DNA of 64,000 nucleotides from Malacoraja senta (Eukaryota), in contig CM075995.1 in NCBI GenBank assembly GCA_038087875.1, positions 9,426,001 through 9,490,000 on the forward strand. Reading direction: 5' to 3'. The stretch's first letter is position 1; the number at the start of each line of letters is the position of its first letter. The translations under genes and the position numbers were made by a program. Positions 25,111 through 37,857 of the stretch are shown here, piece after piece. Under the pieces are notes generated by a model. It worked only from the letters and a program-made list of their open reading frames with translations. It ran no database searches and was not told the DNA's origin.

Positions 25111-25310
25111 NNNNNNNNNNNNNNNNNNNNNNNNNNNNNNNNNNNNNNNNNNNNNNNNNNNNNNNNNNNNNNNNNNNNNNNNNNNNNNNNNNNNNNNNNN
25201 NNNNNNNNNNNNNNNNNNNNNNNNNNNNNNNNNNNNNNNNNNNNNNNNNNNNNNNNNNNNNNNNNNNNNNNNNNNNNNNNNNNNNNNNNNNNNNNNNNNN
25301 NNNNNNNNNN
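25111..25310. other. Assembly gap (200 N)
   Basis: Run of N. Confidence 1.
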
Positions 25311-26065
25311 AATTTACAAGGAGCTTCACAAGATCACGCCATCAAATCTCCCGCCATCCCAGAGCACCGACTGGCATGAAACAAGACAAATAACGGCCCC
25401 TACATCATCAACTGGCTACATTTCAATCAACGTTGCTACCAATATTCCCTTTACCCAAGGACGATAAGGGGAATGGAATATGTTCCCACCCAACACACGT
25501 GTGGTCCCGATATTCATTCATTTAAAAAAGGGGATTGAGTAACTAGATCTCCTCAACTTGGTCAAAAAGGCCAACCTCAAAATGTAATCGCTACTCTACT
25601 CACTCCGACCTGCGCCAGATAACCACTGATGAGGTGTTTGCGTTGTCATCAACCAGAACCAGAAGCAGACGTTAGTGCCACTGGTCGATAGTCAATTCTA
25701 CACTTGTCACTTGACTACGGGTGCTGTCTGTACGGAGTTTGCACGTTCTCCCCGTGACCTGTGTGGGATTTCTCCGAGATCTCCGGTTTCCTCCCACACT
25801 CCAAAGACGTGCGGGTTTGTAGGTTAATTGGCTTCGTTACAAATTGTAAATTGTCCCTAGTGTGGGTAGGATAATGTTAATGGTGCAGGGCGATCGCTGG
25901 TCGGTGCGGACTGGGTGGGCCGAAGGGCCTGTCTCCATGCTGTATTTCTAAATTTAACTAAACGAAGCCACGTTCAGGCAGTCTATTTCTGCCTTTGCGT
26001 TCTTTCATTTGTTTTTCTCCATTATAAATGGTTTTGGAAATTTTGCTTTGTTTTAACATTTATTA

Positions 26066-26480
26066 GCAGGCTTGGCGATCTCTTCGCCCAACACCTCCGC
26101 TCGGTCCGCATTAACCAACCTGATCTCCCGGTGGCTCAGCACTTCGACTCCCCCTCCCATTCCGAATCCGACCTCTCTGTCCTGGGCCTCCTCCATGGCC
26201 AGAGTGAGGACCAGCGCAAATTGGAGGAGCAGCACCTCATATTTCGCTTGGGTAGTTTACACCCCAGCGGTATGAACATTGACTTCTCCAATTTCAGGTA
26301 GTCCCTGCTTTCTCCATCCTTCCCCTCCCCTTCCCAGCTCTCCCACAGCCCACTGTCTCCGCCTCTTCCTTTCTTTCTCCCGCCCCCAGTCTGAAGAAGG
26401 GTCTCGACCCGAAACGTTGCCCATTCCTTCTCTCCATAGATGCTGCCTCACCCGCTGAGTTCCTCCAGCATTTTTGTCAA
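26066..26480 (+). mobile_element. Penelope-like retroelement 3' end: GIY-YIG endonuclease C-terminus plus pseudo-LTR
   Basis: Translation RLGDLFAQHLRSVR...PVAQHF....H....L.V.GL.....QRKLEEQHLIFRLGSLHPSGMN is typical of the PLE endonuclease C-terminus and is followed by a hammerhead core at 26391. Confidence 0.8.
26391..26418 (+). ncRNA. Minimal type I hammerhead ribozyme core (Penelope pLTR)
   Basis: CUGAAGA-A-GGGUC-UC-GACCC-GAAA-C-GUU: both conserved boxes, stem II, and a collapsed palindromic stem III. Confidence 0.65.
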
Positions 26481-27682
26481 ACCTCAGACACAAATCATTT
26501 TCGGCGTTTTGGCCACAGCTTGCATGGAAACAGGATTTGTTTTTTAAACTGTTGGAGTTGACGACCCCATGAATGAGTGGGTTAACATAGGATGAGCGTT
26601 TGACGGCACTGGGCCTGTACTCGCTGGAGTTCAGAAGGATGAGGGGGAACCTCATTGAAACGTACCTAATAGTGAAAGGCCTGGATGGAGTGGATGTGGA
26701 GAGGATGTTCCACTAGTGGGAGAGTCTAGGATTAGAGGGCACAGCCTCTGAATTAAAGGACGTTCCTTTAGGAAGGAGATGAGGAGGAATTTCTTTACAG
26801 AGGGTGGTGAATCTGTGGAATTCTTTGCCACAGACGGCTGTGGAGGCCAAGTTATTGGATATTTTTAAAGCAGAGATAGATCGATTCTTGATTAGTACGG
26901 GTGTCAGGAGTTATTGACAATAAACAATAGACAATAGGTGCAGGAGTAGGCCATTCGGCCCTTCGAGCCAGCACCACCAGTCAATGTGATCATGGCTGAT
27001 CATCCCCAATCTGTACCCCATTCCTGCCTTCTCCCCATATCCCCTGACTCCGCTATTTTTAAGAGCCCTATCTAGCTCTCTCTTGAAAGCATCCAGAGAA
27101 CCTGCCTCCACCGCCCTCTGAGGCAGAGAATTCCACAGACTCACCACTCTCTGTGAGAAAAAGTGTTTCCTCGTCTCCGTTCTAAATGGCTTACCCCTTA
27201 TTCTTAAACTGTGTGGCCCCTGGTTCTGGACTCCCCCAACATCGGGAACATGGGAATTGGGTTCGGTGTAATTGTAAATTGTCCCTAGTGTGTGTAGGAT
27301 AGCGTTAGTGTGCGGGGATCGCTGGTCGGTGTGGACACGGTGGGCCGAAGGGCCTGTTTCCGCTCTGTATCTCCAAACTAAACTAAACTAAACTAAACTT
27401 ACTCCATCTGTTTAATCTGCCTAGTAGCTTGAATTGTGAATTCACTGTGGGATCCTGCTTGCCTCAAACACGAACAGGGAGCTTTAATTTACCACTGAAT
27501 GTTGAATGGGAAACAAAGAGTTGATTAAAAGGCAAGGTGAGGTGCTTTAATCAACTGGATGTTCGCTCCATGTAGACTCTCGCCCTCTGTCTCTTTAAGA
27601 CGATAATAAATCTTTGAGTCAAGCATTCTTATTCCCTGACCACAGGTGCTGTCTGTACGGAGTTTGTACATTATCCCCGCGA

Positions 27683-28365
27683 CCAGTCACTGAAAGTTGG
27701 CGTGCAGGTACAGCAGGCAGTGAAGGAAGCTAATGGAATGTTGGCCTTCATAACAAGAGGATTTCAGTATAGGAGTAAAGAGGTTCTTCTGCAGTTGTAC
27801 AGGGCTCTGGTGAGACCACATCTGGAGTATTGCGTACAGTTTTGGTCTCCTAATTTGAGGAAGGACATCCTTGTGATTGAGGCAGTGGCGATGGCGGGAA
27901 TGTCATATGAGGAAACATTGAAAAGACTAGGCTTGTATTCACTGGAGTTTAGAAGTATATGGGGGGATCTTATAGAAACATATAAAATTATAAAAGGACT
28001 GGACAAGCTATATGCAGGAAAAATGTTCCCAATGTTGGGCGAGTCCAGAACCAGGGGCCACAGTCTTAGAATAAAGGGGAGGCCATTTAAGACTGAGGTG
28101 AGAAAAAACGTTTTCACCCAGAGAGTTGTGAATTTATGGAATTCCCTGCCACAGAGGGCAGTGGAGGCCAAGTCACTGGATGGATTTAAGAGAGAGTTAG
28201 ATAGAGCTCTAGGGGCTGGTGGAGTCAAGGGATATGGGGAGAAGGCAGGCACAGGTTATTGATAGGGGATGATCAGCCATGATCTCAATGAATGGCGGTG
28301 CTGGCTCGAAGGGCCGAATGGCCTCCTCCTGCTGCACCTATTTTCTATGTTTCTATGTTTCTATG
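27683..28365 (+). mobile_element. CR1 3' fragment
   Basis: ORF 27702-28262 is the CR1 RT C-terminus, followed by a tttctatg tail. Confidence 0.88.
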
Positions 28366-28692
28366 ACCTGCGTGGCTTTTCCCCGGGTGTTCCGGTTTTC
28401 TCCCACACTCCAAAGATGTGCGGGTTTTATAAGATTAATTGGCTTGTGTAAACTGTAAAGTTGTCCCCAGTGTGTGGAGGATAGTGCTAGTGTACGGGGT
28501 GGTCGCTGGTCGGCACCGACTCGGTGGGCCGAAGGGCCTGTTTCCAAGCTGTGTCTGCAAAGCCTAAAGTCTAAAGTAAAAGGATTTGAATGCGCTTCCT
28601 ATTCGGTAATATAGAACATCAAACCTCACAGGCAACTGAAGCACCCTATCACCAACTAGAGAGTGGTCCTGACCTCCCATCTACCTCATAGG

Positions 28693-29236
28693 TAGGGTTG
28701 CCAACTGTCCCGTATTAGCCGCGACATCCCGTATATTGGGCTAAATTGGTTTGTCCCGTAAGGGACCGCCCCTTGTCCCGTATTTGACTGCTACTACTCG
28801 AGGGGACTGTCGGGTCAGAGCGCCGCGTCCGGACCCCGCCTCACCCGTCCCCGACGTAGTGCAGCCCGTGGAGTGCAGCAGCAGCAGCAGCAGCAGCGCC
28901 TCCTCGCCCGTGGCCCCGTCGGTCGGTCGGCAGCCCTGCCAGCTGTCCGACCTGTGGACCTTTGCTTACCGCCGTCACCACCACCACCACCCCTCCTTCT
29001 CACGGCCGGTCATAGGTTCATGAGTTGGACGGAGCGCCGGACTTTGCGCGCGGCCCCCTGGGCCAAAACTCCTCAGCTGGCCCCGCCGGCTGGGCTTTGT
29101 GTCCAGTCCAGCACCCGGGGCCAACTCATCATTCACCCAGCCACGGCCGAGTCGCTCAACGAATTGCCGTCGGGGAATTTGTCCCGTATTTTGACCTCTT
29201 GTCCCTTATTTGGGAGTGAGAACGTTGGCGACCCAA
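28693..29236 (+). mobile_element. Non-autonomous hAT-like element with CpG-rich, (CAG)n interior
   Basis: TIR TAGGGTTGCCAAC ... GTTGGCGACCCAA, subterminal TCCCGTAT repeats, interrupts a LINE 3'-end repeat, paralogue at 37328-37857. Confidence 0.75.
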
Positions 29237-29472
29237 GTCAGTGGAGATCCTCGGACTATCTTTAATCAGACTTTAATGGAGTTTATCTTGCACTACATTC
29301 TACTCCCTTTATCCCGCATCTGTACACTTTAAATGGCTCGATCATCAACAGTCTTTCCACTGACTGGTTGGCACGCAACCAAAAAGCTTTTCACTGTACC
29401 TCGTGACAATAAACAAAATAAACTAAACTGGCAGAAGTTGTGGGAATTAGTTGTAGAATTGCTGGTCTCATT

Positions 29473-29890
29473 TGAATTATTATTATGAATTATTATTATT
29501 ATATTATTATTCTGAATAAGTTTATTGCCAAGTATTCACATACAAGGAATTTGTCTTGGGGCTCCGCCCGCTAGTGACAACATGACATACAGTGCAGTTA
29601 GGAATGACACATAAAACATTAAACATTAATAATAAAACATTATCGATTAAACATGTGAATTAAATAAAATACCAGAGCAAAAGGAGGCTACAGAATTTTA
29701 GTTATTGGTAGAGCTACTACTCGTGGATAAAAAACTGTTTTTATGTCTGGCTGTGGCAGCTTTGACAATCCGGAGTCGCCTTCCAGAGGGAAGTGATTCA
29801 AAGAGTCTGTGGCCAGGGTGAGAGGGTCAGAGATGATCTTGCCCGCTCGCTTCCTGGCCCTTGCAGTGTACAGTTCATCAATGGGGGGAA
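29473..29890 (-). mobile_element. Rex1/Babar-type 3' end (different subfamily) with (TAA)n tail
   Basis: Minus strand ELYTARARKRAGKIISD..HPGHRLFESLPSGRRLR. Confidence 0.65.
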
Positions 29891-29900
29891 GGTCGCAGCC

Positions 29901-30702
29901 AATGTGAGGTTATCCACTTTGGTAGCAAGAACAGGAAGGCAGATTACTATCTAAATGGCGTCAAGTTGGGAAAAGGGGAAGTACAACGGGATCTGGGGGT
30001 CCTTGTACATCAGTCTATGAAAGTAAGCATGCAGGTACAGCAGGCAGTGAAGAAAGCCAATGGCATGTTGGCCTTTATAACAAGAGGAATTGAATATAGG
30101 AGCAAAGAGGCCCTTCTGCAGTTGTACAGAGCCCTAGTGAGACCACACCTGGAGTATTGTGTGCAGTTTTGGTCCCCTAATTTGAGGAAGGACATTCTTG
30201 CTATTGAGGGAGTGCAGCGTAGGTTTACAAGGTTAATTCCCGGGATGGCGGGACTTCATATGCTGAGAGATGGAGCAGCTGGGCTTGTACACTCTGGAGT
30301 TTAGAAGGATGAGAGGGTATCTCATTGAAACATATAAGATTGTTAAGGGCTTGGACACGCTAGAGGCAGGAAACATGTTCCCGATGTTGGGGGAGTCCAG
30401 AACCAGGGCCACAGTTTAAGAATAAGGAGTAAGCCACTTAGAACGGAGACGAGGAAACACTTTTTCTCACAGAGAGTGGTGAGTCTGTTGAATTCTCTGC
30501 CTCAGAGGGCGGTGGAAGCCGGTTCTCTGGATGCTTTCAAGAGAGAGCTAGATAGGGCTCTTAAAAATAGCGGAGTCAGGGGATATGGGGAGAGGGCAGG
30601 AACGGGGTACTGATTGGGGATGATCAGCCATGATCACATTGAATGGTGGTGCTGGCTCGAAGGGCCGAATGGCCTACTCCTGCACCTATTGTCTATTGTC
30701 TA
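29901..30702 (+). mobile_element. CR1 3' fragment
   Basis: CEVIHFG...RPHLEYCVQFWSP, frameshifted, with a tattgtc tail. Confidence 0.88.
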
Positions 30703-31204
30703 TATCAGTCCATATCAAAGGACAGATAGGATCAAATTAATAAATACAGACATCAAACATCAAGCTCTTTATGCATTTTGTAATATTTCATTGAAGGCAG
30801 GCTGCCTATTGAATTGTAAGCCTGATTTAAGTTTCCCCAGATTAAATGTTTGCATAAACTCGTTATCAGTCAAACAATTATCTACATCACTTTTGATTCT
30901 TGTTTGAAAATTAATGCCAAGACCCAAGAGCAAATATCGGGGTCTTTGACTTCATCTGCGGCTCTCTTGAAGATGGAGTTGGCTGCGTTTCAGCAGACTA
31001 AAGTAATTGATTGAGAAGGATTTCTTGTTTGTCCACACATGTGAAATGATGAGCCTGATAAACCACACAACCCCTCCCCCTGTTCAATCGTCCGTCACTA
31101 TGTCCGTGCAGTATCTGAGTTCAAGGGAAGTTGGGATGAACAGTAGACGGTGGTGCTGCCAATGTCAGCCATGTCCCTTGGACAAAGTTGTTAGTGATGA
31201 ATAT

Positions 31205-31933
31205 AGGGAGGTTGCACGGCAGTCGAGGTCACGACCCGTGACCCGTACTGTTGCCACGCAACGCCTTCTGGAGTACACGCGGTGGGGCCGTCTTCTGTCC
31301 CAGCATCCAGTCGAGGGGGGAGGGGGGGGGGGTTCGGGGGTGCCGGGTGGTCGGGGTCCGGTGCAGTGACTCAGGTTGGCGGTGGGACCAGACTGTCCCA
31401 ACTCTGCCGCAGCTGCCGGGTTTATGGCCCCGTGTGTTCGCTGCCCGTTGCCGTGACCCCGCGACCCCGCTTCACCTGGCCCCGTGTGTTCGCTGCCTGT
31501 TGCCGTGACCCCGCGACCCCGCTTCACCTGGCCCCGTGTGTGTGTGTGTTGTGTGTGTGTGGGCGCTGCCGACCCACAGCCCGTCACAGTTCGGCCGTAC
31601 AGGGCGAGACGGGGCGGAGGGCGGCCGTGGCCGGACAGCGCTGACCCCGGGGAGGGGGAGGGGGAGTGAGAGGGGGCTGTCCCGAGGGATGCGCTTACAC
31701 CTTGGTGCTCGGGTTCAGAGCAAAGATACTAGAGCATTTGGTCCAGACACTCAGTCACCCGCCACAATTATTTACAGCGCAAAAAAATTGACCATTCGGC
31801 ATTTTTTAACAGGCAAGAAAGTACGCGTTTCGTGTGTTAACAGTGTGTGCCGGAGGCTGCCATGTCCTCCAGAAGGATTGAGCTGCTCGTGCGTCACGCC
31901 CTTTGACCCGATGACCTTACGTGCAACCCCCCT
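31205..31933. mobile_element. Putative non-autonomous DNA transposon with GC-rich interior
   Basis: 14-bp inverted ends AGGGAGGTTGCACG / CGTGCAACCCCCCT with one mismatch, internal tandem duplication of about 50 bp (31425-31540). Superfamily not assigned. Confidence 0.5.
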
Positions 31934-31949
31934 CGTGAAAACTCGTTTG

Positions 31950-32070
31950 AAAACCCTTCCCATTCCCACACTTACCTTTCTGTCCTGGGCCTCCTCCACT
32001 GTCAGAGTGAGGCCCAGCGTAAAATTGGAGGAACAGCGCCTCATATATCGCTTGGGGCAGCTTACAACCC
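31950..32070 (+). mobile_element. Penelope-like endonuclease fragment
   Basis: KLEEQRLIYRLGQL-type coding remnant, directly followed by a SINE. Confidence 0.6.
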
Positions 32071-32390
32071 GGTCACGGTGGCGCAGCGGTAGAGTTGCTG
32101 CCTCACGGCGAATGCAGCTCCAGAGACCCGGGTTCGATCCTCACTACGGGTGCTGTCTGTACGGAGTTTGTACGTTCTCCCCGTGACCTGCGTGGGTTTT
32201 CTCCGAGATCTCCGGTTTCCTCCCACAATCCAAAGACGTACAGGTTTGTAGGTTAATTGGCTCGGTGTAAATGTAAATTGTCCCCAGTGTGTGTGGGATA
32301 GTGTTAATGTGCGGGGATCGCTGGTCGGCGCGGACCCGGTGGGCCGAAGGGCCTGTTTCCGTGCTGTATCTCTAAACTAAACTAAATTAA
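32070..32390 (+). mobile_element. tRNA-derived V-SINE (HE1-like), full length
   Basis: A box tggcgcagcgg (32079-32089), B box ggttcgatcc (32131-32140), V-domain gtacggagtttgtacgttctccccgtg...ggtttcctcccac, LINE-like tail and (taaac)n end. Confidence 0.85.
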
Positions 32391-32438
32391 ACGAAAGTGA
32401 GGCCCAACGCAAATTGAAGGAACAGCACCTCATAACCT

Positions 32439-33252
32439 TAAATGTGAGGTTATCCACTTTGGTGGCAAAAACGGGAAGGCAGACTATTATCTAAATGGTG
32501 GCCGATTAGGAAAAGGGGAGATGCAGCGAGACCTGGGTGTCATGGTACACCAGTCATTGAAAGTAGGCATGCAGGTGCAGCAGGCAATGAAGAAAGCGAA
32601 TGGTATGTTAGCATTCATAGCAAAAGGATTTGAGTATAGGAGCAGGGAGGTTCTACTACAGTTGTACAGGGTCTTGGTGAGACCACACCTGGAGTATTGC
32701 GTACAGTTTTAGTCTCCAAATCTGAGGAAGGACATTATAGCCATAGAGGGAGTGCAGAGAAGGTTCACCAGACTGATTCCTGGGATGTCAGGACTTTCAT
32801 ATGAAGAAAGACTGGATAGACTCGGCTTAGACTCGCTAGAATTTAGGAGATTGAGAGGGGATCTTATAGAAACGTACAAAATTCTTATGGGGTTGGACAG
32901 GCTAGATGCAGGAAGATTGTTCCCGATGTTGGGGAAGTCCAGGACAAGGGGTCACAGCTTAAGGATAAGGGGGAAATCCTTTAAGACCGAGATGAGGAAA
33001 AACGTTTTCACACAGAGAGTGGTGAATCTCTGGAACTCTCTGCCACAGAGGGTAGTTGAGGCCAGTTCATTGGCTATATTTAAGAGGGAGTTAGATGTGG
33101 CCCTTGTGGCTAAAGGGATCAGGGGGTATGGAGAGAAGGCAGGTACGGGATACTGAGTTGGATGATCAGCCATGATCATATTGAATGGCGGTGCAGGCTC
33201 GAAGGGCCGAATGGCCTACTCCTGCACCTATTTTCTATGTATCTATGTATGT
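32439..33252 (+). mobile_element. CR1 3' fragment
   Basis: ORFs 32521-32712 and 32752-33156. Confidence 0.88.
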
Positions 33253-33379
33253 CCCTTGGACAGCTGACAGCCCAGTGGTATGGACCAAAGATAGACACTA
33301 AAAGCTGGAGTAACTCAGCGGGACAGGCAGAATCTCTGGAGAGAAGGATATTGATATTGATTTCTCCAACTCCAAGTAA

Positions 33380-33417
<38 letters not shown>

Positions 33418-34931
33418 CCTCCCCCACACCCCAGTTCAACTATTTTCACTGCCCTCCTGATTAATACTACTGATTGGATGCCTTTCGACATTTCCTTTTA
33501 TCATCGTCGGATTTGATCTGTCGTCTTCACACCTTACCCTTCCATATCTCGAGACTCCCACTCCCCTGACTCTCAGTCTGAAGAAGAGTTTCGACCGGAA
33601 ACGTCGCCCATTCCTTCTCTCCTGAGATGCTGCCTGTCCCGCTGAGTTACTCCAGCATTTTGTTGAAGGGATTTCAGTGCCACTGGGTCAGCAAAAAGAC
33701 ACAAATTGCTGGAGTGACTCAGCTGGGGAACATGGAGTTTTAGAGATACAGCACGGAAACAGGCCCTTCGGCCCACCGGGTCCGCGCCGACCAGCGATCC
33801 CCGCACACTAACAAGGGATTCAGCCTGAAACGTTGCCTATTTCCTTCGCTCCACAGATGCTGCTGCACCCGCTGAGTTTCTCCACCATTTTTGTCCACCA
33901 ACAGTCCTACACACATTAGAGACAATTTAGAATTTTACCGAACCAATTAACCCACAAAGTTGTACATCTTTGGAATGTGGGAGGAAACCGGAGCACCCAG
34001 AGAAAACCCACGCAGGTCACGGGGAGAAGGTACAAACTCCGTACAGACAGTACCCAGTGGTCAGGATCGAACCCGGTTCTAGAAACATAGAAAATAGGTG
34101 CAGGAGGAGGCCATTCGGCCCTTCGAGCCAGCACCGCCATTCATTGTGATCATGTCCCCAATCAATAACCCGTGCCTGCCTTCTCCCCATATCCCTTGAC
34201 TCCACTAGCCCCTAGAGCTCTATCTAACTCTCTCTTAAATCCATCCAGTGACTTGGCCTCCACTGCCCTCTGTGGCAGGGAATTCCATAAATTCACACCT
34301 CTCTGGGTGGTCTCTGGCGCTGTGAGGCAGCAACTCTACCGCTGCGCCACTGTGCCAACAAGATGGATCTGGATAGGTCATAGAATCATAGCGTCACAGA
34401 GTCATATTGTGCGGATACAGGCTCCTCGGCCCAACTTGCCCACAACGACCAACACGGTATTTCATAGATTCATCAGTGATGGGATCCAACCTACAACACC
34501 TCAATGGCGGACGAAGTTATCTTGAACACAACGGCTGTGAAGGTGGATGAAGGCTGCAACAGATCCATCAGCTCCAATCGTCTTGGTTCCCTTGCCATTG
34601 GAATGAGTTGAATGAGTTGAAGGAGCGTGTGCTTCTTGGAGTGTAACATCAAGTACATGTTAAACAAGCACAGGCATCTTCCTTCTGTGAGCTGCACAAA
34701 ACTTATCAAGACTAACGGGACGATCGGGGAAGGGCGACGGGAGCAGGCCACGTGACGGCTGGAAGCTCCTAGTCAAGAACCGGCAGGGAAGCGGTGAATA
34801 CTTGACTCAATCGCTCAACTTTGGACAGAAGCATATAAGATTGAAACATGCCCGTGCCGACCAAGATGTCCATCACACTAGTCCCACTGCCTATGTTTGG
34901 CCCATATCCCTCTTAGTCTCTCCTATACATA

Positions 34932-35312
34932 TATTGAAACATATAAGATTGTTAAGGGCTTGGACACACTAGAGGCAGGAAACATGTTCCCGATGTTGGA
35001 GGAGTCCAGAACCAGGGGCCACAGTTTAAGAATAAGGAGTAAGCCATTTAGAACGGAGACGAGGAAACACTTTTTCTCACAGAGAGTGGTGAGTCTGTGG
35101 AATTCTCTGCCTCAGAGGGTGGTGGAGGCAGGTTCTCTGGATGCTTTCAAGAGAGAGCTAGATAGGGCTCTTAAAGATAGCGGAGTCAGGGGATATGGGG
35201 AGAAGGCAGGAACGGGGTACTGATTGTGGATGATCAGCCATGATCACATTGAATGGCGGTGCTGGCTCGAAGGGCCGAATGGCCTACTCCTGCACCTACT
35301 GTCTATTGTCTA
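34932..35312 (+). mobile_element. CR1 3' fragment
   Basis: IETYKIVKGLD...YGEKAGTGY* and tail. Confidence 0.85.
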
Positions 35313-36055
35313 ATATTCTGTATGGAAAGCCACATCCAGAGGGATCACCATCATGCGGTCGAAAACCATCCAGAAGCGCAAAGCCAGGATTGGACTCATA
35401 AGCCACCTGATACTCCATGAAAACAACACCATCATCCTCGACACTCGAGGGGTCGCCACCACGACAAGTGACGGGAGCAGAATTGAGCCATTCGGCCCAT
35501 CGAGTCGACTCCGCCATTCAATCATGGCTGATCTATCTCTCCCTCTCATTCTCCTGCCTTCTCCCCATAACCCCTGACACCCGTACTAATCAACAATCTA
35601 TCAATCTCCGCCTTAAAAATATCCACTGACTTGGCCGTCTGTGACAAAGAATTCCACAGATTCACCACCCTCTGGCTAAAGAAATTCCTCCTCATCCCCT
35701 TCCTAAAGGTGTGTCCTTTAATTCTGAGGCTGTGCCCTCCGGTCCTAGACTCTCCCACCAGTGGTAAACATCCTCTCCACATCCACTCTATCCAGGCCAT
35801 TAAAATAGTTCTCTTTTGAGATCTAGCCTGAACCACTTCAAGTGCATTTCCGCGTGTCTTTGTGGGGGTCGTGTTGCAGTCTCGTGATATTATTTACACA
35901 GCAGGTAAAAGAAGACAGACAAAAAAAATCCCAGCACAAACAAACAGAAAAATACTTGGACCTAGCCTTGCATGGTCTCTATAGTGGCTTCACCTTGAGT
36001 TCTACACGGTGCCACAGCAGTAGAGTTACTGCCTTACAGCACTGAACAGAGTCAG

Positions 36056-36368
36056 AGACCCTTCGGCCCATCGAGTCCCCTCCGACCAGCGATCCCCGCA
36101 CGCTAAACGGGCCTGTCCCACTTGGCGATTTTTAACACTATCCTACACCCACTAGGGACAATTGACATTTACACCAAGCCAAGTAAACTACAACCCTGCA
36201 CGTCTTTGGAGTGCGGGAGGAAACCGGAGATCTCGGAGAAAACCCACGCAGGTCACGGGGAGAACGTACAAACTCCGTACAGACAGCACCCGTAGTCAGG
36301 ATGGAACCCGGGTCTCTGGCGCTGCATTCGCTGTAAGGCAGCAACTCTACCGCTGCACCACTGTGACG
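36056..36368 (-). mobile_element. V-SINE (HE1-like)
   Basis: Same family. Confidence 0.78.
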
Positions 36369-37327
36369 CCTACCTTGCCAAAGGAATGGGTTAGATATTT
36401 CTAGACCCTTTGTAGGACATTTCACGATGACGTATAGCTGGCTTTGTACCAATGTATCCAAGACCCAAAAGCGCTCATTTAAATGAGTTACTTATTCATT
36501 GTGTCAGGCCCATTGACCTGAAACATTGCAGGTTTACCTTCTAGCCAGCCTGACGTGGTGCACTGGTTAGTTTAAATTCAGTTTACAGATACAGCGTGGA
36601 AACAGGCCCACCAAGTCCGCGCCGACTAGCGATCACCACACGTAGACAATAGACAATAGGTGCAGGAGTAGGCCATTTGGCCCTTCGAGCCAGCACCGCC
36701 ACTCAATGTGATCATGGCTGATCATCCCCAATCAGTACCCCGTTCCTGCCTTCTCCCCATATCCCCTGACTCCGATATCTTTAAGAGCCCTATCTAGCTC
36801 TTGGAGATCGGTAAATGAACAGTCTCTTGCCCAGAGTAGGGATAATCGAGGACCAGAGGACATAGGTTTAAGGTGAGGGGGGAAAGATTTAATAGGAATC
36901 CGAGGGATAACTTTTTCACACAAAGGGTGGTGGGTGTATGGAACGAGCTGCCGGAGGAGATAGTTGAGGCTGGGACTATCTCAACGTTTAAGAAACATTT
37001 AGACAGGTACATAGATAGGACAGTTTTGGAGGGATATGGGCCAAATGCAGGCAGGTGGGACTAGTGCAGATGGGACATGTTGGTCGGTGTGGGCAAGTTG
37101 GGCCTGTTTCCATGCTGTCTGATCGTATGACTCTATATACCGCAGCCTATGCACCTATCTAATGACCATTCAACACCACTATTGTATCTGCCTTCACCAC
37201 CAGGCACCTCACTCATTACAGCTCGTCACCACCATCTCTGTGTAAAAAACCAGGCCCTGCATATCCCGTGTAGACTTCATGCCCCATTCACCCTGATGCT
37301 CCACCCTCTCATCTTTGACATTTCCAC

Positions 37328-37857
37328 TAGTGTTGCCAACTGTCCTGTATTAGCCGGGACATCCCGTATATTGGGCTAAATTGGTTTGTCCCGTACGGGA
37401 CCGCCCCTTGTCCCGTATTTGACCGCTACTACTCGGGTCGAGGGGACAGTTGGGTCGGAGCGCCGCGTCCGGCCCCGCCTCACCCGTCCCCGACGTAGTG
37501 CAGCCCGTGGAGTGCAGCAGCAGCAGCAGCAGCAGCGCCTCCTCGCCCGTGGCCCCGTCGGTCGGTCGGCAGCCCGGCCAGCTGTCCGACCTTCGGACCT
37601 TCGCTTACCGCCGTCACCACCACCACCCCGCCTTCTCACGGCCGGTCATCGGTTCATGAGTTGGAAGGGGCGCTGGACTTTGTGCGCGACTCCTCAGCTG
37701 GGCCCGCCGGCTGGGCTTTGTGTGCAGTCCAGCACCCGGGGCCAACTCATCACCCACCCAGCCACGGCCGAGTCGCTCAACCAATCGCCGTCGGGGAATT
37801 TGTTCCGTATTTTGACCTTTTGTCCCTTATTTGGGAGTGAGAACGTTGGTGACCCTA
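37328..37857 (+). mobile_element. Non-autonomous hAT-like element, second copy
   Basis: TAGTGTTGCCAAC ... GTTGGTGACCCTA, degenerate 8-bp TSD atttccac/gtttccat, highly similar to 28693-29236. Confidence 0.78.

Noticed and set aside
25000..25467. ORFs spanning the N run
   Set aside because: Artefacts of the assembly gap.
27519..27556. Small inverted repeat agttgattaaa...tttaatcaact
   Set aside because: The 11-bp AT-rich stem is too short for a pre-miRNA and may be chance.
32070..32145. tRNA gene
   Set aside because: The A and B boxes belong to a SINE head followed by the V-domain, with no complete cloverleaf.
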